DNA of 36,059 bases from the NCBI GenBank assembly GCA_964447495.1, contig CAYUTF010000025.1:1-36059 (forward strand), in the 5' to 3' direction. How positions within the stretch are numbered: position 1 is the first letter of the stretch; every line of letters begins with the position of its first letter. Origin of the DNA: an uncultured archaeon. Lineage in GTDB: Archaea; Asgardarchaeota; Lokiarchaeia; Sigyniarchaeales; SOKP01. Shown piece after piece: positions 19,000 through 31,000 of the stretch. Position numbers and translations under genes: made by a program. Under the pieces are notes generated by a model, which searched no databases, had not been told where the DNA came from, and worked only from the letters and a program-made list of their open reading frames with translations.

Positions 19000-19542
19000 T
19001 TACTTCTTTATTCCAAATTCAGTTACATCGCCAAATAGGCGTTTTACAGCTTGGATACGCGTCTCTTCTCCGATCTGCTCGACGCTCTTCAGACTAATTG
19101 CCTCCTTAGGACAGACTGCTATACATTGAGGCTCACGTTTGCCCACCTCGGGGTCAATAAACTCCTCTTTCATCGTTTCGCATAAATCGCATATCAGTGC
19201 TTTTTGTGAATCTAAATGGAGAGTGATCACACCAAAATCACAAGCTCGAATGCAAAAGCCACATCCGTTACATTTGTCGTTGTCAACTAAAATTGATCCT
19301 TCTTCATCCTTATCTAATGCTTTTTCAGGACAAGCTCTGATACATGGAGCATCTTCGCATTTCTGACACGCAAGCGCAATGTTAAAAATTGGCTCAATTC
19401 TTACACGATGAATTCGGGTATTAATTGGATTAAATTGTGCATCATGGACGAAGCTGCATACACTCTCACAAGTTTCGCATCCTGTACAAAGTTCTGGATC
19501 TACAACTATAAATTGGTGAATTCTCTTCTTTTTTGCTGACAT
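19000..19542 (-). CDS. 4Fe-4S dicluster protein (Fe-S partner subunit of AOR)
   Basis: CTGCETCESVC, CQKCEDAPCIRACP, CNGCGFCIRAC, CDLC...CIAVCP; its ATG directly follows the aor TAA. Confidence 0.9.
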   Translation of the reverse strand: MSAKKKRIHQFIVVDPELCTGCETCESVCSFVHDAQFNPINTRIHRVRIEPIFNIALACQKCEDAPCIRACPEKALDKDEEGSILVDNDKCNGCGFCIRACDFGVITLHLDSQKALICDLCETMKEEFIDPEVGKREPQCIAVCPKEAISLKSVEQIGEETRIQAVKRLFGDVTEFGIKK

Positions 19543-21474
19543 TTATTTTTTCTTACCTCCGGATGCGGGTTTTAAGTTTCCAATAACAAAATCGAGACCT
19601 AATTTCTTGAGGGTTGCATCAGTTGGAATTCCCGTTTCTTTATTCCAGCCACGTACTTCATAGTAGCCACTAAGTAAGGTTTGGTATCCTTCTTCTTTGA
19701 GTACAACTCCTTTAGCAGGACCTTTCGTATGGGCTTCTTTAAAGAACTTCTCAGGAGGATGATCATCTGCTCGAGTCCAGCCTTCCCGAATATTGAAGCA
19801 TTTTGATAAATTAACGATTGCTGCCCCTCTTTGATTAATAGATTCTTCTGTATGAGGGATGCCCGTAACTAATTCGTAGACTTTTGCCATTTCGGCATCA
19901 TTTTCATAGATTCCTCGGGTAAACTTACAAATAATATAGGAATCAATAATCGCATAAATATCTTCTACTTCAATAATGGATTTCGCTCGTTCAAGTGGTT
20001 GTCCATAACCAAAGCGATCATACTTACCTTTCGCATCAAGACCGTAGGCACCATTTCGTAAATGACAAGCCCCACGAATGGATACACTTTCGCCCACAGC
20101 AAAAGAGGTCATCCCGTGAAGGTCAAATGCCGGCATTTCTAAACCTTTTATATGCATTCCATAATAACTTGCATTTTTTCGGCCCATTTCTTCTAATCGT
20201 ATTCCTGCTAGCCTAGTACCGTCGCCAAAAATCTCTCCTGCGAAACCTTCTCCCAGTATCATCTCTTCGGTGAATCTTACTAAATTTTTTGTAGAACCAA
20301 AGGGTAATTTATATCCTAAATCTTTATCAGTTACAAGACCTTTTTCAAAACATTCCATACACATCGCGGCACTAACCCCCGCCGAAATTGCGTCGATTCC
20401 TAGATCATCACATAAAGCAACACATTTAAACACTGTAGGCCAGTCAGGATTACCGCAAGCACTTCCAAAACTATAACAGATCTCGACATCAATACTTGCA
20501 AATAAGTTTGGATAATCTGGATGGGTTTTGGGAACTTGGGCAATATGATCACAAGCTATAGAGCACTGAGAACACGCAACTTTTTTTACCACCCAATCAA
20601 TATTTAAAGTATCTCCTGTAAATGCGCCATTATCGATCTCTTCCCAGGTTCCCTCTTGATGATTTCGAACAGGAAACATACCAAGCTTGTTATAGCTCGT
20701 TATACCCGCGGGAGTTCCTAAGTCTCGATATTTCGCAGTAGCTGGACCATTTGCGACTTTAATTAATTTCTTAGCCATTTTATAAAATTCTGCTGGTTGT
20801 GCGACTTTAATACTTTTTATCCCTCTAAAGCAGATTGCTTTTAAATTCTTAGAACCCATTACTGCTCCCATACCCGTACGACCTGCTTGTCGATTTCGAT
20901 CGTTAGTAATACAAGCTAGCTTACTCATCTTTTCGCCTGCTGGCCCAATTGACATGACCGCTAATCTTTGATCTTGAAATTCCTCTCGAAGTAGTTCTTC
21001 AGTTTCCCAACAGCCTTTACCCCATACTGTTTTCTCGCATGGAACTAAATAATAATCATCATCGTCAATAACCAAGTAACAAGGTTTAGCTGCTTTACCT
21101 TTTATAACAATCATATTTATTCCGGCTCTACGAGCCTGAGCTCCTACTGAGCCAGAAGAAATTGACATACCAAACATATTTGTAAGTGGTGATTTTGCAA
21201 AAACACCATACTTCGAACTTGTGGGTAAAATAGTAGTTGGAAAAGGACCAATTGCCCATACAAATACATTATCTGGACTTAATGGATCCACACCAGGTTT
21301 AAGCTCATCCCATAATACCTTCGCACCAAAACCATATCCTCCAATCCAATCGCGGCAGAATTCATCAGAAAGCGTAGTTTTGTCAATCTTTTCATTGGTT
21401 AAATCAACATCGAGTCTCACTTGAGAATATCCTTTTATTACTTCTGGTATAGAAATATCTTTAGATTTACTCAT
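19543..21474 (-). CDS. aor: Tungsten-dependent aldehyde:ferredoxin oxidoreductase family enzyme
   Basis: AKSPLT, SIGPAGE, AGRTGMGAVMGSKNLKAI, CxxCxxxC, DDLGIDAIS, KGLEMPAFD, RGACH, YY..RGW motifs. Confidence 0.95.
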   Translation of the reverse strand: MSKSKDISIPEVIKGYSQVRLDVDLTNEKIDKTTLSDEFCRDWIGGYGFGAKVLWDELKPGVDPLSPDNVFVWAIGPFPTTILPTSSKYGVFAKSPLTNMFGMSISSGSVGAQARRAGINMIVIKGKAAKPCYLVIDDDDYYLVPCEKTVWGKGCWETEELLREEFQDQRLAVMSIGPAGEKMSKLACITNDRNRQAGRTGMGAVMGSKNLKAICFRGIKSIKVAQPAEFYKMAKKLIKVANGPATAKYRDLGTPAGITSYNKLGMFPVRNHQEGTWEEIDNGAFTGDTLNIDWVVKKVACSQCSIACDHIAQVPKTHPDYPNLFASIDVEICYSFGSACGNPDWPTVFKCVALCDDLGIDAISAGVSAAMCMECFEKGLVTDKDLGYKLPFGSTKNLVRFTEEMILGEGFAGEIFGDGTRLAGIRLEEMGRKNASYYGMHIKGLEMPAFDLHGMTSFAVGESVSIRGACHLRNGAYGLDAKGKYDRFGYGQPLERAKSIIEVEDIYAIIDSYIICKFTRGIYENDAEMAKVYELVTGIPHTEESINQRGAAIVNLSKCFNIREGWTRADDHPPEKFFKEAHTKGPAKGVVLKEEGYQTLLSGYYEVRGWNKETGIPTDATLKKLGLDFVIGNLKPASGGKKK

Positions 21475-21900
21475 GTTTTACACTTATTTTTGTTTATTGA
21501 TATTTAATTTTTCTGAACAATTTAATATAGATAATAAATCTTTAAGAGGTTAATTGTTAATGCAAATAACCACTCCTATTCATATTTCCTAATATTAAAT
21601 TCTTGAAAAATCTGTTTTATATAGATTTTAATTAAAATTAATTTTTATTTTATTTAAAATTCCCTAATTTTGATTTATGACATAAAAGAGGGTAAATATT
21701 CTCATTTATATTATCACCTAGAGTTCAATATTATACCTTAATTACTAGTACAGATTTTATCTAAATGTAATAATATAAAATTTAAAATCTATCGAAATTT
21801 AAACTAAGATAGTAAACATGCCTGCAAAAATCCCCTTAAAAATGTTTCAAAACATACAAGATAAGAATTATTGGTATTTCTGAAAGGTGGTATTTAAAAT

Positions 21901-23262
21901 TTGGACCTATTAAGATTTTTAAAAGATAATGTAGTTCCAGCTACGGGTTGTACTGAGCCAGTTGCCGTAGCTTATGCGGTATCCTTAGCATATCATGCCC
22001 TTTTCCAAGAAATAATCACTACTAATGAGAATAATACATTTATTTTTAACAATGAAGTCCCTGAGATTGAAATTGAGAATATCCAGCTGATTGAGATTGT
22101 AGTGGATCAAAATATATATAAAAATGCTTATTCTGCAATAATCCCAGGAACTGGAGGTTTAAAAGGCTTAAAAGTTGCTGCTGTTTTAGCCTTATTTTGT
22201 AATCCCAAAGATAAATTAAATCTTTTTAAAAATGCAATATTACCAGATAGCGATAAAATACAGAAAATTCTTGGCAGTGATATTATCAAATTTTCATATA
22301 TTGAAGATATAGAGCAACAGCCCTTGTTGAATATAGAAATTGTGTTGAAATATAAATATGATGAAAAGATAAGAATTTCTCAAGTAAGTATTTTAGAGAC
22401 TCATGATAAAGTTGTTAACATTAATGTAAATGGAAGAGATTTATTTAAAAGCCATCAGACTCAAGTTGAAACTCAGAATAGAGAATTAAAATTAAATTTA
22501 GAAGACATATTAGAATTAATTGAATCTGCTAACACTGAAGTATTGGACGCAGTTGATGTTGGCATTTCCATGAATAAGAAAGTAGCTGAAGAAGGATTGC
22601 AAAGACAATATGGGCTAAATTTTGCAAAGAATTTACAGCAAATGTTCCAAGAAGAAGGATGCTCTGAATCTATACTTTCAGAAATTCGAATTAAAGTTGC
22701 TTCAGCAGGAGATGCAAGAATGGGAGGTGTAAATTTACCTGTTATGACAACTTCAGGATCAGGAAATATGGGAATAACAGCAATATTACCAGTAGTAATT
22801 ATGGGATCACGTAAAAATATTGAAAAGCGTCGAATTCAACGTGCGGTACTATTATCTCATTTAATAACATATTTAGCCAATAAAAATTATGGTCATTTAT
22901 CTGTTCTATGTGGATCTGCTATAAAAGCCGGCTTTGGAGTTGCTGCAGCCATAACTTATTTGTTAAATGGCACTAAATCTCAAATCAATACTGCAGTTAA
23001 TCTAATGGCAGCAAATAACGCAGGATTTCTATGTGATGGTGCAAAACCAAGCTGTGCTTTAAAGATTTCAACTTCTGCCGGCATTGCAACAGAATGTGCG
23101 TTATTAGCAATGAATAACCAAACAATTCCTTCTGATAATGGAATAATTTTTGAGGATATAAACGATACAATCAAAGGAATAGGAACAATTTGCCGTGCAA
23201 TTCATCCTATAAACCAGAAAATCTTAGCTTTGATAGAAAAAAGCAGTAAAGAATATAGTTAG
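21901..23262 (+). CDS. L-cysteine desulfidase (CyuA/YhaM/CdsB, serine dehydratase alpha-like)
   Basis: PATGCTEPVAVA, KNA...IPGTG, DARMGG..LPVMTTSGSGNMG, LSVLCG, CDGAKPSCALK. Confidence 0.88.
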   Translation: MDLLRFLKDNVVPATGCTEPVAVAYAVSLAYHALFQEIITTNENNTFIFNNEVPEIEIENIQLIEIVVDQNIYKNAYSAIIPGTGGLKGLKVAAVLALFCNPKDKLNLFKNAILPDSDKIQKILGSDIIKFSYIEDIEQQPLLNIEIVLKYKYDEKIRISQVSILETHDKVVNINVNGRDLFKSHQTQVETQNRELKLNLEDILELIESANTEVLDAVDVGISMNKKVAEEGLQRQYGLNFAKNLQQMFQEEGCSESILSEIRIKVASAGDARMGGVNLPVMTTSGSGNMGITAILPVVIMGSRKNIEKRRIQRAVLLSHLITYLANKNYGHLSVLCGSAIKAGFGVAAAITYLLNGTKSQINTAVNLMAANNAGFLCDGAKPSCALKISTSAGIATECALLAMNNQTIPSDNGIIFEDINDTIKGIGTICRAIHPINQKILALIEKSSKEYS

Positions 23263-23292
23263 AATAATATTTCCCTAACTTTTATTAAAAAT

Positions 23293-23760
23293 TCACAGGC
23301 ACCTTTCAAGTTCGATTAAACCTAATTTTTTAGGGATTTTTGATTCTCCTAACGCTTTCACGGTATTAGTAAATTCTGTTATTAATTCTGCAAACTGTTT
23401 CCCTTCACTTGCAGAAATCCAATGCAATCGAAATCTTTCTTCTTCTATTCCTATACTTTTAATTAAATTTTTTAAATGTTCCATTCTAACTTGAGTTAAT
23501 TCATTCCCAGAGATATAATGACAATCTCCTATATGACATCCGGTAACTAAAACTCCATCGATTCCATTCTTGAATGCACTTAGTATAAATGTAGGCTCAA
23601 CCCTTCCAGAGCACATAACTCTCACGATTCTTATATTTGGGGGATACTGAAACCTAGATACACCCGCTAAATCAGCTCCCGCATAAGAGCACCAATTACA
23701 ACAAAATGCTAAGATCTGAGGTTCAAAACTTTCTTCTTTTTTACTTTTTGATTTTGTCAT
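23293..23760 (-). CDS. mvhD: MvhD (cysteine form)
   Basis: AFCCNWCSYAGADLAG...RVMCSGRV...GCHIGDCHY..GN...WISASEG. Confidence 0.95.
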   Translation of the reverse strand: MTKSKSKKEESFEPQILAFCCNWCSYAGADLAGVSRFQYPPNIRIVRVMCSGRVEPTFILSAFKNGIDGVLVTGCHIGDCHYISGNELTQVRMEHLKNLIKSIGIEEERFRLHWISASEGKQFAELITEFTNTVKALGESKIPKKLGLIELERCL

Positions 23761-23778
23761 TTTTTAAAATCCTCTTAA

Positions 23779-26700
23779 TTACTCTTTTTGACATGCTTTA
23801 AGATTAATTCCAGTAAGTAAATCAATTTGCTTTTTAATTTGGAACTTGCTGAAATGTTTCTGATCTATTGCACCTAAAGGACATTCTGCTGCACAAGCAC
23901 CACATCCTTTACATACTGCGTCAATAATATGTGCTTTTTTCTCAGTAATGGTATATAAACCCATTTCTTTAGTAATATCAATCATTTCTATGGCTTTATA
24001 TGGACAAATTTCATAACATCTTCCACATCCTATACATTTTTCAGGATTTACTTGAGAAGTAATACCTTCAGTTTCTACTTCTCCTTTCACCATTAACATA
24101 GCAGCTCGTCCCGCTGCCCCATAACCTTGATCCATACTCTCATCAATCCATTTTGGCCAGTGAGCATTACCACACAGGAATATTCCTTCTGTAGCAAAGT
24201 CAATTGGCCGCAACTTAACGTGAGCTTCTAAGAAAAAGCCATCTTTTGTAGTAGGAACTTTGAGCTTCATGGCTAAATCTTTTGTACCCTCTGCAGGAAC
24301 TTCAGGGGTCGCTAATATCAATAAATCTGAGTCATATTCTATATCACATTCAGCTCCTATATTATGATATTTTACATGGAAAGAATCACCATTTGCAGTT
24401 AGCAGAATATCATCAATTGACTTATATCTTTCAAACATAACTTTATTTCTTAAATCTCGCCATAAACTTTCAGCATTTATGTCAGAAAACTGAAGTTCTC
24501 TATATAATACGTGAATTTGAGCATCTGGGTTTAATTTAAGTAACTTTTCGATATTCTTTAATGCAACTCTGCAACAAATATTACTACAATAAGATTTTAT
24601 TGTATCACCCTTATTACATTCATTTGCTCTCTGATCAACGCATAAAATTATAGTTGCTGCATTAAATTTAGGAATATCCTCTTCCCTTTTTTCATCAAAT
24701 TCTCTTTGAATATAAACGCGTTTTTCATATTTTTCTTGGATTTCCTTCCATCTTTCTGTCTTAATTTGATTTGAACCTGTTGCAACAATTATAGTCCCAA
24801 CCATGAATTCTTCTGTTGTTTCCTCATTAGATATGGTTTGCACTTTTATTTGATAATTCCCCACAAAACCTCGAATATCCTTTACTTTTGTGCTTGTAAG
24901 AATGTGAACATTATCCATACTTTCTAAATCCTTGATATAATTATCAATATCATCATTACTTAAGGATAAATCATATAGATCTACGTAATTGATGGCATTT
25001 CCTCCTAAAGTTTCTTTTAGATCAATTAAATATACTTCTAATCCTTGTTGGGCAAGATTACGGGATGCTATAATTCCTGCGATACCCCCTCCGATAACCA
25101 ATGTTGATTGCTGAACCTTAACCTTTATTTTTTGCAGTGGTTTTAAATTAACTACTTTGGCTAAATACATACGAATTAAATCCTTTGCTTTTTCAGTTGC
25201 TTTCTCAGGTTCATGTTGATGTACCCAAGAGCATTGATCTCTGATATTAACTAATTCGAATAAAAATTGATTTAATCCCGCTTCCCTCAAAGTATTTCTA
25301 AATAAAGGTTCATGGGTCCTAGGAGTACATGAAGCAACAATAAATCGATTTAATTTATATTTATGTATCATCTCTATTATTTGTTCCTGAGAATCTGAAC
25401 TGCAGGAATACATGTTTTCTTCTGCATGAGCGACATATGGTAATTTTGATACATACTCAACAACTTTTGCGGTATTAACTGTTCCTGCGATATTAATTCC
25501 ACACTGACAGACAAGCACTCCTACGCGAGGGTCTTCATCAGAATGGATGGGAACTTCAGGAGGATATTCAATCTCTTTAATATTTTCAAATCTGACAGGA
25601 TATAACTTTTCACTAATCTTTGCAGCACATGCTGAGCCCTCTGCAACAGAAGTTGGGATATCTTTAGGTGTTCTTGCATAGCCTGCAAAATAGATATTAT
25701 TCTTTTCACAAGTTGCGAATCCTTCGTTATCAATATATCCTAAATCATTAATTCCTACGTTCAAATTCTTTAATAATTCGTAATATGATTTGTTGGGAAA
25801 TAGAACACTTGCTAAAACAACTATATCAACCTCGTTAGCCTCAACAGTTCCTTTATCAATATCTTCATAACTTAAGATTAATTTTCCATTGTCGGGATTT
25901 ACTTTTACGAAAGACACTCTTCCATTAATATACTCTACACCATATTCTTCCTTGCTTTTTACAATGAATTCATAAAAGTTCTTTCCCTTTGCTCTTATCT
26001 CAGTATTATAAATCAAACATTCAGTATCGGGAGAGTGTTCTTTTGTAATGATTGCTTGTTTAGCTGAAGCCATACAACAAATAGCAGAACAATATTTTTT
26101 ACATCCAAGATGGTGAAAATCTCTGGATCCAACACACTGTAAGAAAGCTATCTTATGAGGATGTTTTTTATCATCTAACCTTATTACTTCACCCCCAGTA
26201 GGTCCATTTGCAGAAAGAAGACGCTCATATTGCATACTTGATAAAACATTTGGATTACTTCCACCAAGTACTTCATAAAATTCTGGTAATTCTTGTTTAA
26301 ACCCTGTAGCAATTACAATAGCTCCTACATCTATGTTTATACTTCTCGGTGTTTGGGAAAAATCAATTGCATTTGCGCTGCATTTTTTTTCACAGAATCC
26401 ACACGCTCCGAATTTTAAATGTAGACATGCATTGTCATCAATTAGATAAACTGGGGGTACTGCAGATGGGAAAGAAATATATGCTGCTTTTCTATTGTTC
26501 AAATTGCAATTAAACTCACTCGGTAATTTTTTAACTGGGCAAACAGAGGCACAATCTCCACATCCCTTGCATAAATCTTCTTTGATATATCTTGGTTTTT
26601 TAATTACTTCAATTTTATAATTACCCGGTGAACCCTCAATATTTTTCACATATGAATATGTTAGAAGCTCGATATTCGGATTTCTAAACACCTCTACCAT

Positions 26701-26895
26701 CTTTGGAGCAAGGATACATAAACTACAATCCAAGGTGGGAAATGTCTTATCGAGTTGTGACATTGCTCCACCAATAGTCGATTTCTCTTCAACAAGATAT
26801 ACTTTAAAACCTAATCCTGTCAAATCTAAGGAAGTTTGTATCCCTGCGATACCGCCTCCGATTACGAGAACGCTACTCTGCATTTTTTCCGACAT
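23779..26895 (-). CDS. hdrA: Large HdrA-like flavoprotein (cysteine form, two FAD-binding modules)
   Basis: Two IGGGIAG motifs, LDKTFPTLDCSLCILAPKM, internal GVLVCQCGINIAG...CTPRTHEPLF...NIRDQCSWVH domain, C-terminal 2x4Fe-4S. Confidence 0.92.
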   Translation of the reverse strand: MSEKMQSSVLVIGGGIAGIQTSLDLTGLGFKVYLVEEKSTIGGAMSQLDKTFPTLDCSLCILAPKMVEVFRNPNIELLTYSYVKNIEGSPGNYKIEVIKKPRYIKEDLCKGCGDCASVCPVKKLPSEFNCNLNNRKAAYISFPSAVPPVYLIDDNACLHLKFGACGFCEKKCSANAIDFSQTPRSINIDVGAIVIATGFKQELPEFYEVLGGSNPNVLSSMQYERLLSANGPTGGEVIRLDDKKHPHKIAFLQCVGSRDFHHLGCKKYCSAICCMASAKQAIITKEHSPDTECLIYNTEIRAKGKNFYEFIVKSKEEYGVEYINGRVSFVKVNPDNGKLILSYEDIDKGTVEANEVDIVVLASVLFPNKSYYELLKNLNVGINDLGYIDNEGFATCEKNNIYFAGYARTPKDIPTSVAEGSACAAKISEKLYPVRFENIKEIEYPPEVPIHSDEDPRVGVLVCQCGINIAGTVNTAKVVEYVSKLPYVAHAEENMYSCSSDSQEQIIEMIHKYKLNRFIVASCTPRTHEPLFRNTLREAGLNQFLFELVNIRDQCSWVHQHEPEKATEKAKDLIRMYLAKVVNLKPLQKIKVKVQQSTLVIGGGIAGIIASRNLAQQGLEVYLIDLKETLGGNAINYVDLYDLSLSNDDIDNYIKDLESMDNVHILTSTKVKDIRGFVGNYQIKVQTISNEETTEEFMVGTIIVATGSNQIKTERWKEIQEKYEKRVYIQREFDEKREEDIPKFNAATIILCVDQRANECNKGDTIKSYCSNICCRVALKNIEKLLKLNPDAQIHVLYRELQFSDINAESLWRDLRNKVMFERYKSIDDILLTANGDSFHVKYHNIGAECDIEYDSDLLILATPEVPAEGTKDLAMKLKVPTTKDGFFLEAHVKLRPIDFATEGIFLCGNAHWPKWIDESMDQGYGAAGRAAMLMVKGEVETEGITSQVNPEKCIGCGRCYEICPYKAIEMIDITKEMGLYTITEKKAHIIDAVCKGCGACAAECPLGAIDQKHFSKFQIKKQIDLLTGINLKACQKE

Positions 26896-27117
26896 TTTGC
26901 TGTATCTTATTATATGTTTATTGAATAATGATTCTATCTTAGGAATAGGAAATTATTGATTTTTTTTTAATCTAACGATTATTTTAAATTATGTGAAACG
27001 ATCTTAGCACTTTATTTGTTAACTCTTCCGTATAAAAATGGGAAGAACTGTGAAAAAGAATTTAAATAAATTAAATACTAAAATTCATATTACAAAAAAA
27101 AGGATGGCAAAAGAAAG

Positions 27118-27933
27118 ATGAAAATTGCTATGATTTACTTTTCTGCGACGGGAAATACTGAGAAAATAAAAAATGTCATAAAGTATGAATTAATTCGATT
27201 AAATAATGAAGTTCATGATTTTAATATAGCCAATAGGGATGTTAGGCAGTCATTTAATGATATTGGGTCTTATAATGGGCTTATTTTTGGTTTTCCTATT
27301 TATTACTTGCGAGCTCCCCGTATTGTAAGAGAATGGTTGAGTACTAAAGATGGAAATCATATAAGCTGTGCTACTTTCTTTACCTATGGTGGAGTTCATG
27401 TTGGATTAGCTCATTATGATATAAAGAAAATTTTAGATACTCACAATTTCGAGTTAATTGCATCAGCAGAATTTTTAGCAAAACACACTTATAACGTTGC
27501 TGGGTTTGATCTTATGAAAAATCGCCCTAATGAAGAAGATTTTGAAATTGCCAAAGAATATGCCAATATTTCTCATCAAAAATTTCTAAAATCCAAAATT
27601 CAAAGAGTTTCAATTGAAACACCAAAATTATCAGAAGAAAGGGCAGATAAAATCGAAATTACATTTAGAAGAGCAATTCCTATCCCTTATATAGATAGTG
27701 AACTCTGTACTCAATGTGGTCTATGTGAAAAAGTTTGCGTTACAAACGCTATGGAAATAGGAAATGGAAAACCACGAAGGATAGATTGCATACGTTGCCT
27801 TCGATGTTTATTTTCTTGTCCTGAGAACGCCATTAAAGTGCCAAATATGACCCCTCAATACCAGTATTTAAAAAATGTATTGAAGCTCACTGATGAGAAA
27901 TTGAGAAACAGGAAAAGTAAAATTTACATATAA
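27118..27933 (+). CDS. EFR1-family flavodoxin-ferredoxin fusion
   Basis: IYFSATGNT flavodoxin loop, GFPIY, TYGG, followed by CTQCGLCEKVC and CIRCLRCLFSCP. Confidence 0.9.
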   Translation: MKIAMIYFSATGNTEKIKNVIKYELIRLNNEVHDFNIANRDVRQSFNDIGSYNGLIFGFPIYYLRAPRIVREWLSTKDGNHISCATFFTYGGVHVGLAHYDIKKILDTHNFELIASAEFLAKHTYNVAGFDLMKNRPNEEDFEIAKEYANISHQKFLKSKIQRVSIETPKLSEERADKIEITFRRAIPIPYIDSELCTQCGLCEKVCVTNAMEIGNGKPRRIDCIRCLRCLFSCPENAIKVPNMTPQYQYLKNVLKLTDEKLRNRKSKIYI

Positions 27934-28019
27934 TGCTATAATATTCTTTCAATTTTATAAGAGCAAATTTTTTACTTCTTCGAATAATATAAACCTTAAA
28001 AAGAGAATTAGATGACAAA

Positions 28020-31000
28020 ATGGATTCAAAGTCCAAAATTAAAATATATCAATGTCCATTTTGTAATAATGTACTTAATTCAAGATATTCTAAATGTTAT
28101 AATCTCTATTGTGAAGGGCAAAGATTTGGACTTCATAATTTTATCATTTACAAACTCAATCCTGATTTAGGAATTGGAAGAATTACTAAAATTATCGAAA
28201 TTCCAATTTCTAAATCTTTAGATGATCAAGATTCTCGATTTGTTAAAAAATATAAGGTATCGTTTGAAAATAATATCGTAAAAATAATTCATCCCATTGA
28301 TCTTATACATTATTTATTTGCAATAAATGAAAGTGTTAGAACTAACAAAGGAGTAGGAATCATTAATTCTCAATATTTTCTGAAGAAAGATGGAGAAATT
28401 TCTTATGAAATACTATTCTCAGATGGAAATATATTCCAAATTGCTGAAGCTGAAATTTTAACTCAATATCAGAAACCAATTAATAAGATTTTAGCTAAAA
28501 AAACCTTAGATTCTCCTCAGCAGTTTTTAATTAAATATTGGTCTAATTTATTCTACTCATATTACACTTCTTATCAAATTAAATGTATTACTAACTCTCG
28601 TTTATCATTAATGCCTCATCAAGTTAATGTTGCACATAGATTATCGGAAGAATTCTTTCCAAGAGTAATTTTAGCAGATGAGGTTGGTCTTGGAAAAACT
28701 ATTGAAGCTGGAATATTTATCAAGGAAATGATGGCAAGAAACTTGGCAGAGAGAATTTTAATAATTGTTCCCGCAACTTTGGTTAAGCAATGGCAATTTG
28801 AGCTTCAAAATAAGTTTAATATGGTGTTCACCATATACGATGGGAAAAAAGTTAAAGAATTGAAAAAGAAACCGGTTTTTAAACACAAAGGCATTTTTCT
28901 TAATCTATTCTATTATGATAATTTAATTATTTGCTCTCTCCAATTTGCGAGAAACAAAAAATATGCAAAATTGCTCTCAGAAATTTCATGGGATATAGTT
29001 GTATTTGATGAAGCTCATCATCTAAGACGATATGTTTTAAATTATTCAACAGGAAATTATAAAAATACTCTCAATTATGAGTTAGCTTATAGTTTAAGTC
29101 AGAATTCCCAATCTTTGTTATTATTATCCGCCACTCCATTACAACTACATTCTTTTGAGTTATATTCTTTAATCGAATTAATTCAAAGAGAAGCATTTGA
29201 TAACTTTTCTGATTTTGAGCACTTTCGCAAAAATATGCCGTTTATCAATCTTTTGATAACAAATGTAAACCAAATCGGTGATTTAAACAATTTTGAAGTA
29301 AAAAATACTATTAAGTTGCTTAAGCGTCTTGGTTATATAGATTACAACACAGAAGGCAAACAAATTTTAGAATTTATTGAAGATCGAGGCTTTAAAGCTA
29401 AATTAATGGATAAAATTGAAAGTGATCATACTCTCTCAAAATTTTTAATAAGGAATAGAAAAAAAAATGTCTTTTCTGATGATGCATTAAATACTCGTAT
29501 TGTAAATACAATCGTAGTAAATCCCACCAAAGAAGAGATTGAAGTATATAATGAAATAAGGTTATACTTAGCCAAAATCTATAACTCATCTTTGAATAAA
29601 CATAATGTTGGACTTGGATTTATAATAACAACCCTGCAGAAACTCCTTACTTCTTCAAAATATGCTCTTTTAAAAAGCTTAGAAAGGCGACTCGATCAGA
29701 TTGACAAATTGAAAAGCCTGTCTATTGATATATCTGATTTAAGAGAAGAAGATCCCGAATTTTTTGAATCTGAATTGGAAAATGAATATCTCGATTCAGA
29801 AATCTCATATCAGAATCATAATAAAGACCAATTCGATTCAAAGAAAGTATCCTTAGATTTAATTAATCAGGAAAAAATTATTAAAGAATTCTATGAAAAA
29901 CTTAAAAAAATCCCTTATGATTCTAAATCAGATAAATTAATCGAACTTATAGGAGAAATATATCATCAAAATTCTTCTGAAAAAATACTCATATTCACTC
30001 AGTTTGTTGATACTTTATTCCATTTAAAACAACTCCTCCAAAAGCAACAAGAAGATTATTATGTGGAACTTTTTTACGGTGGAATGGATAAAGAGGAAAA
30101 AGATAAAGCTGTTGAAAGATTTCGCTCAAATAAGGGATTTTCTATATTATTATCTACAGAAATAGGAGGAGAGGGACGTAACTTTCAATTTGCACGAGTT
30201 CTTATTAATTTTGACCTTCCTTGGAACCCAATGAAACTAGAACAAAGAATTGGGAGGCTGGATAGAATAGGGCAATCATCTAAGGAAATTTATATCTATA
30301 ATTTCTTTTTAGAGGGTACAGTTGAGACGGATATAATGTTCGCTCTAGATAAACGAATTCACTTATTTGAAGAATCTATTGGACAATTAGAGCCAATTAT
30401 CGGTAAAATTGAAAGAGATATAAAAAATATAATCTTTTCGGAAGATGACGGAGTTAAAAGGAGAAAACTAAATGAATTCAACCGAAAATTAGATATTGAG
30501 GTTAAAAAAGCAAAGGAAAGTGAGATGCAGCTAGATGATTTACTTATTGATAAGAAATCATTCCAAGTTGATGATTTAATCACTTCTATTGCTGCTTGTG
30601 AAGAAGTCAAGCTCAGTCATAACGAGTTATTTCTTTTAATGAGATATTTTTTCGCTCTTGACAATCATAAATATGGGAACATCATTTTATCTCAAGATTG
30701 TGAAAACCAAATTAAAAGTAGAGTAAATTGTGAACTCGAAATCGAATTAAATGAAAAATTATTAAAAAATTTAAGTTTTAATTTAAATCGGATATATAAA
30801 GGGACCTTTGGATTAGATCTTGCAAGAGAAAGAGAAGATATCGACTTTTTTGCCTTAGGTCATACCTTAATTAACGAAATTATTAATTATTGCAGATCAG
30901 ATTCCTTTGATGGAATTTTTACAATTCTAAACGTTAAAAGAGATTTCTTACCAAAACGAATAAAACAAATGGGTAAGAATCTCAATGAAGCATTTTTATT

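Noticed and set aside
18720-19947. Diversity-generating retroelement TR/VR pair
   Set aside because: Mismatches are not adenine-specific and are mostly synonymous, the target is a core enzyme, and no reverse transcriptase is present.
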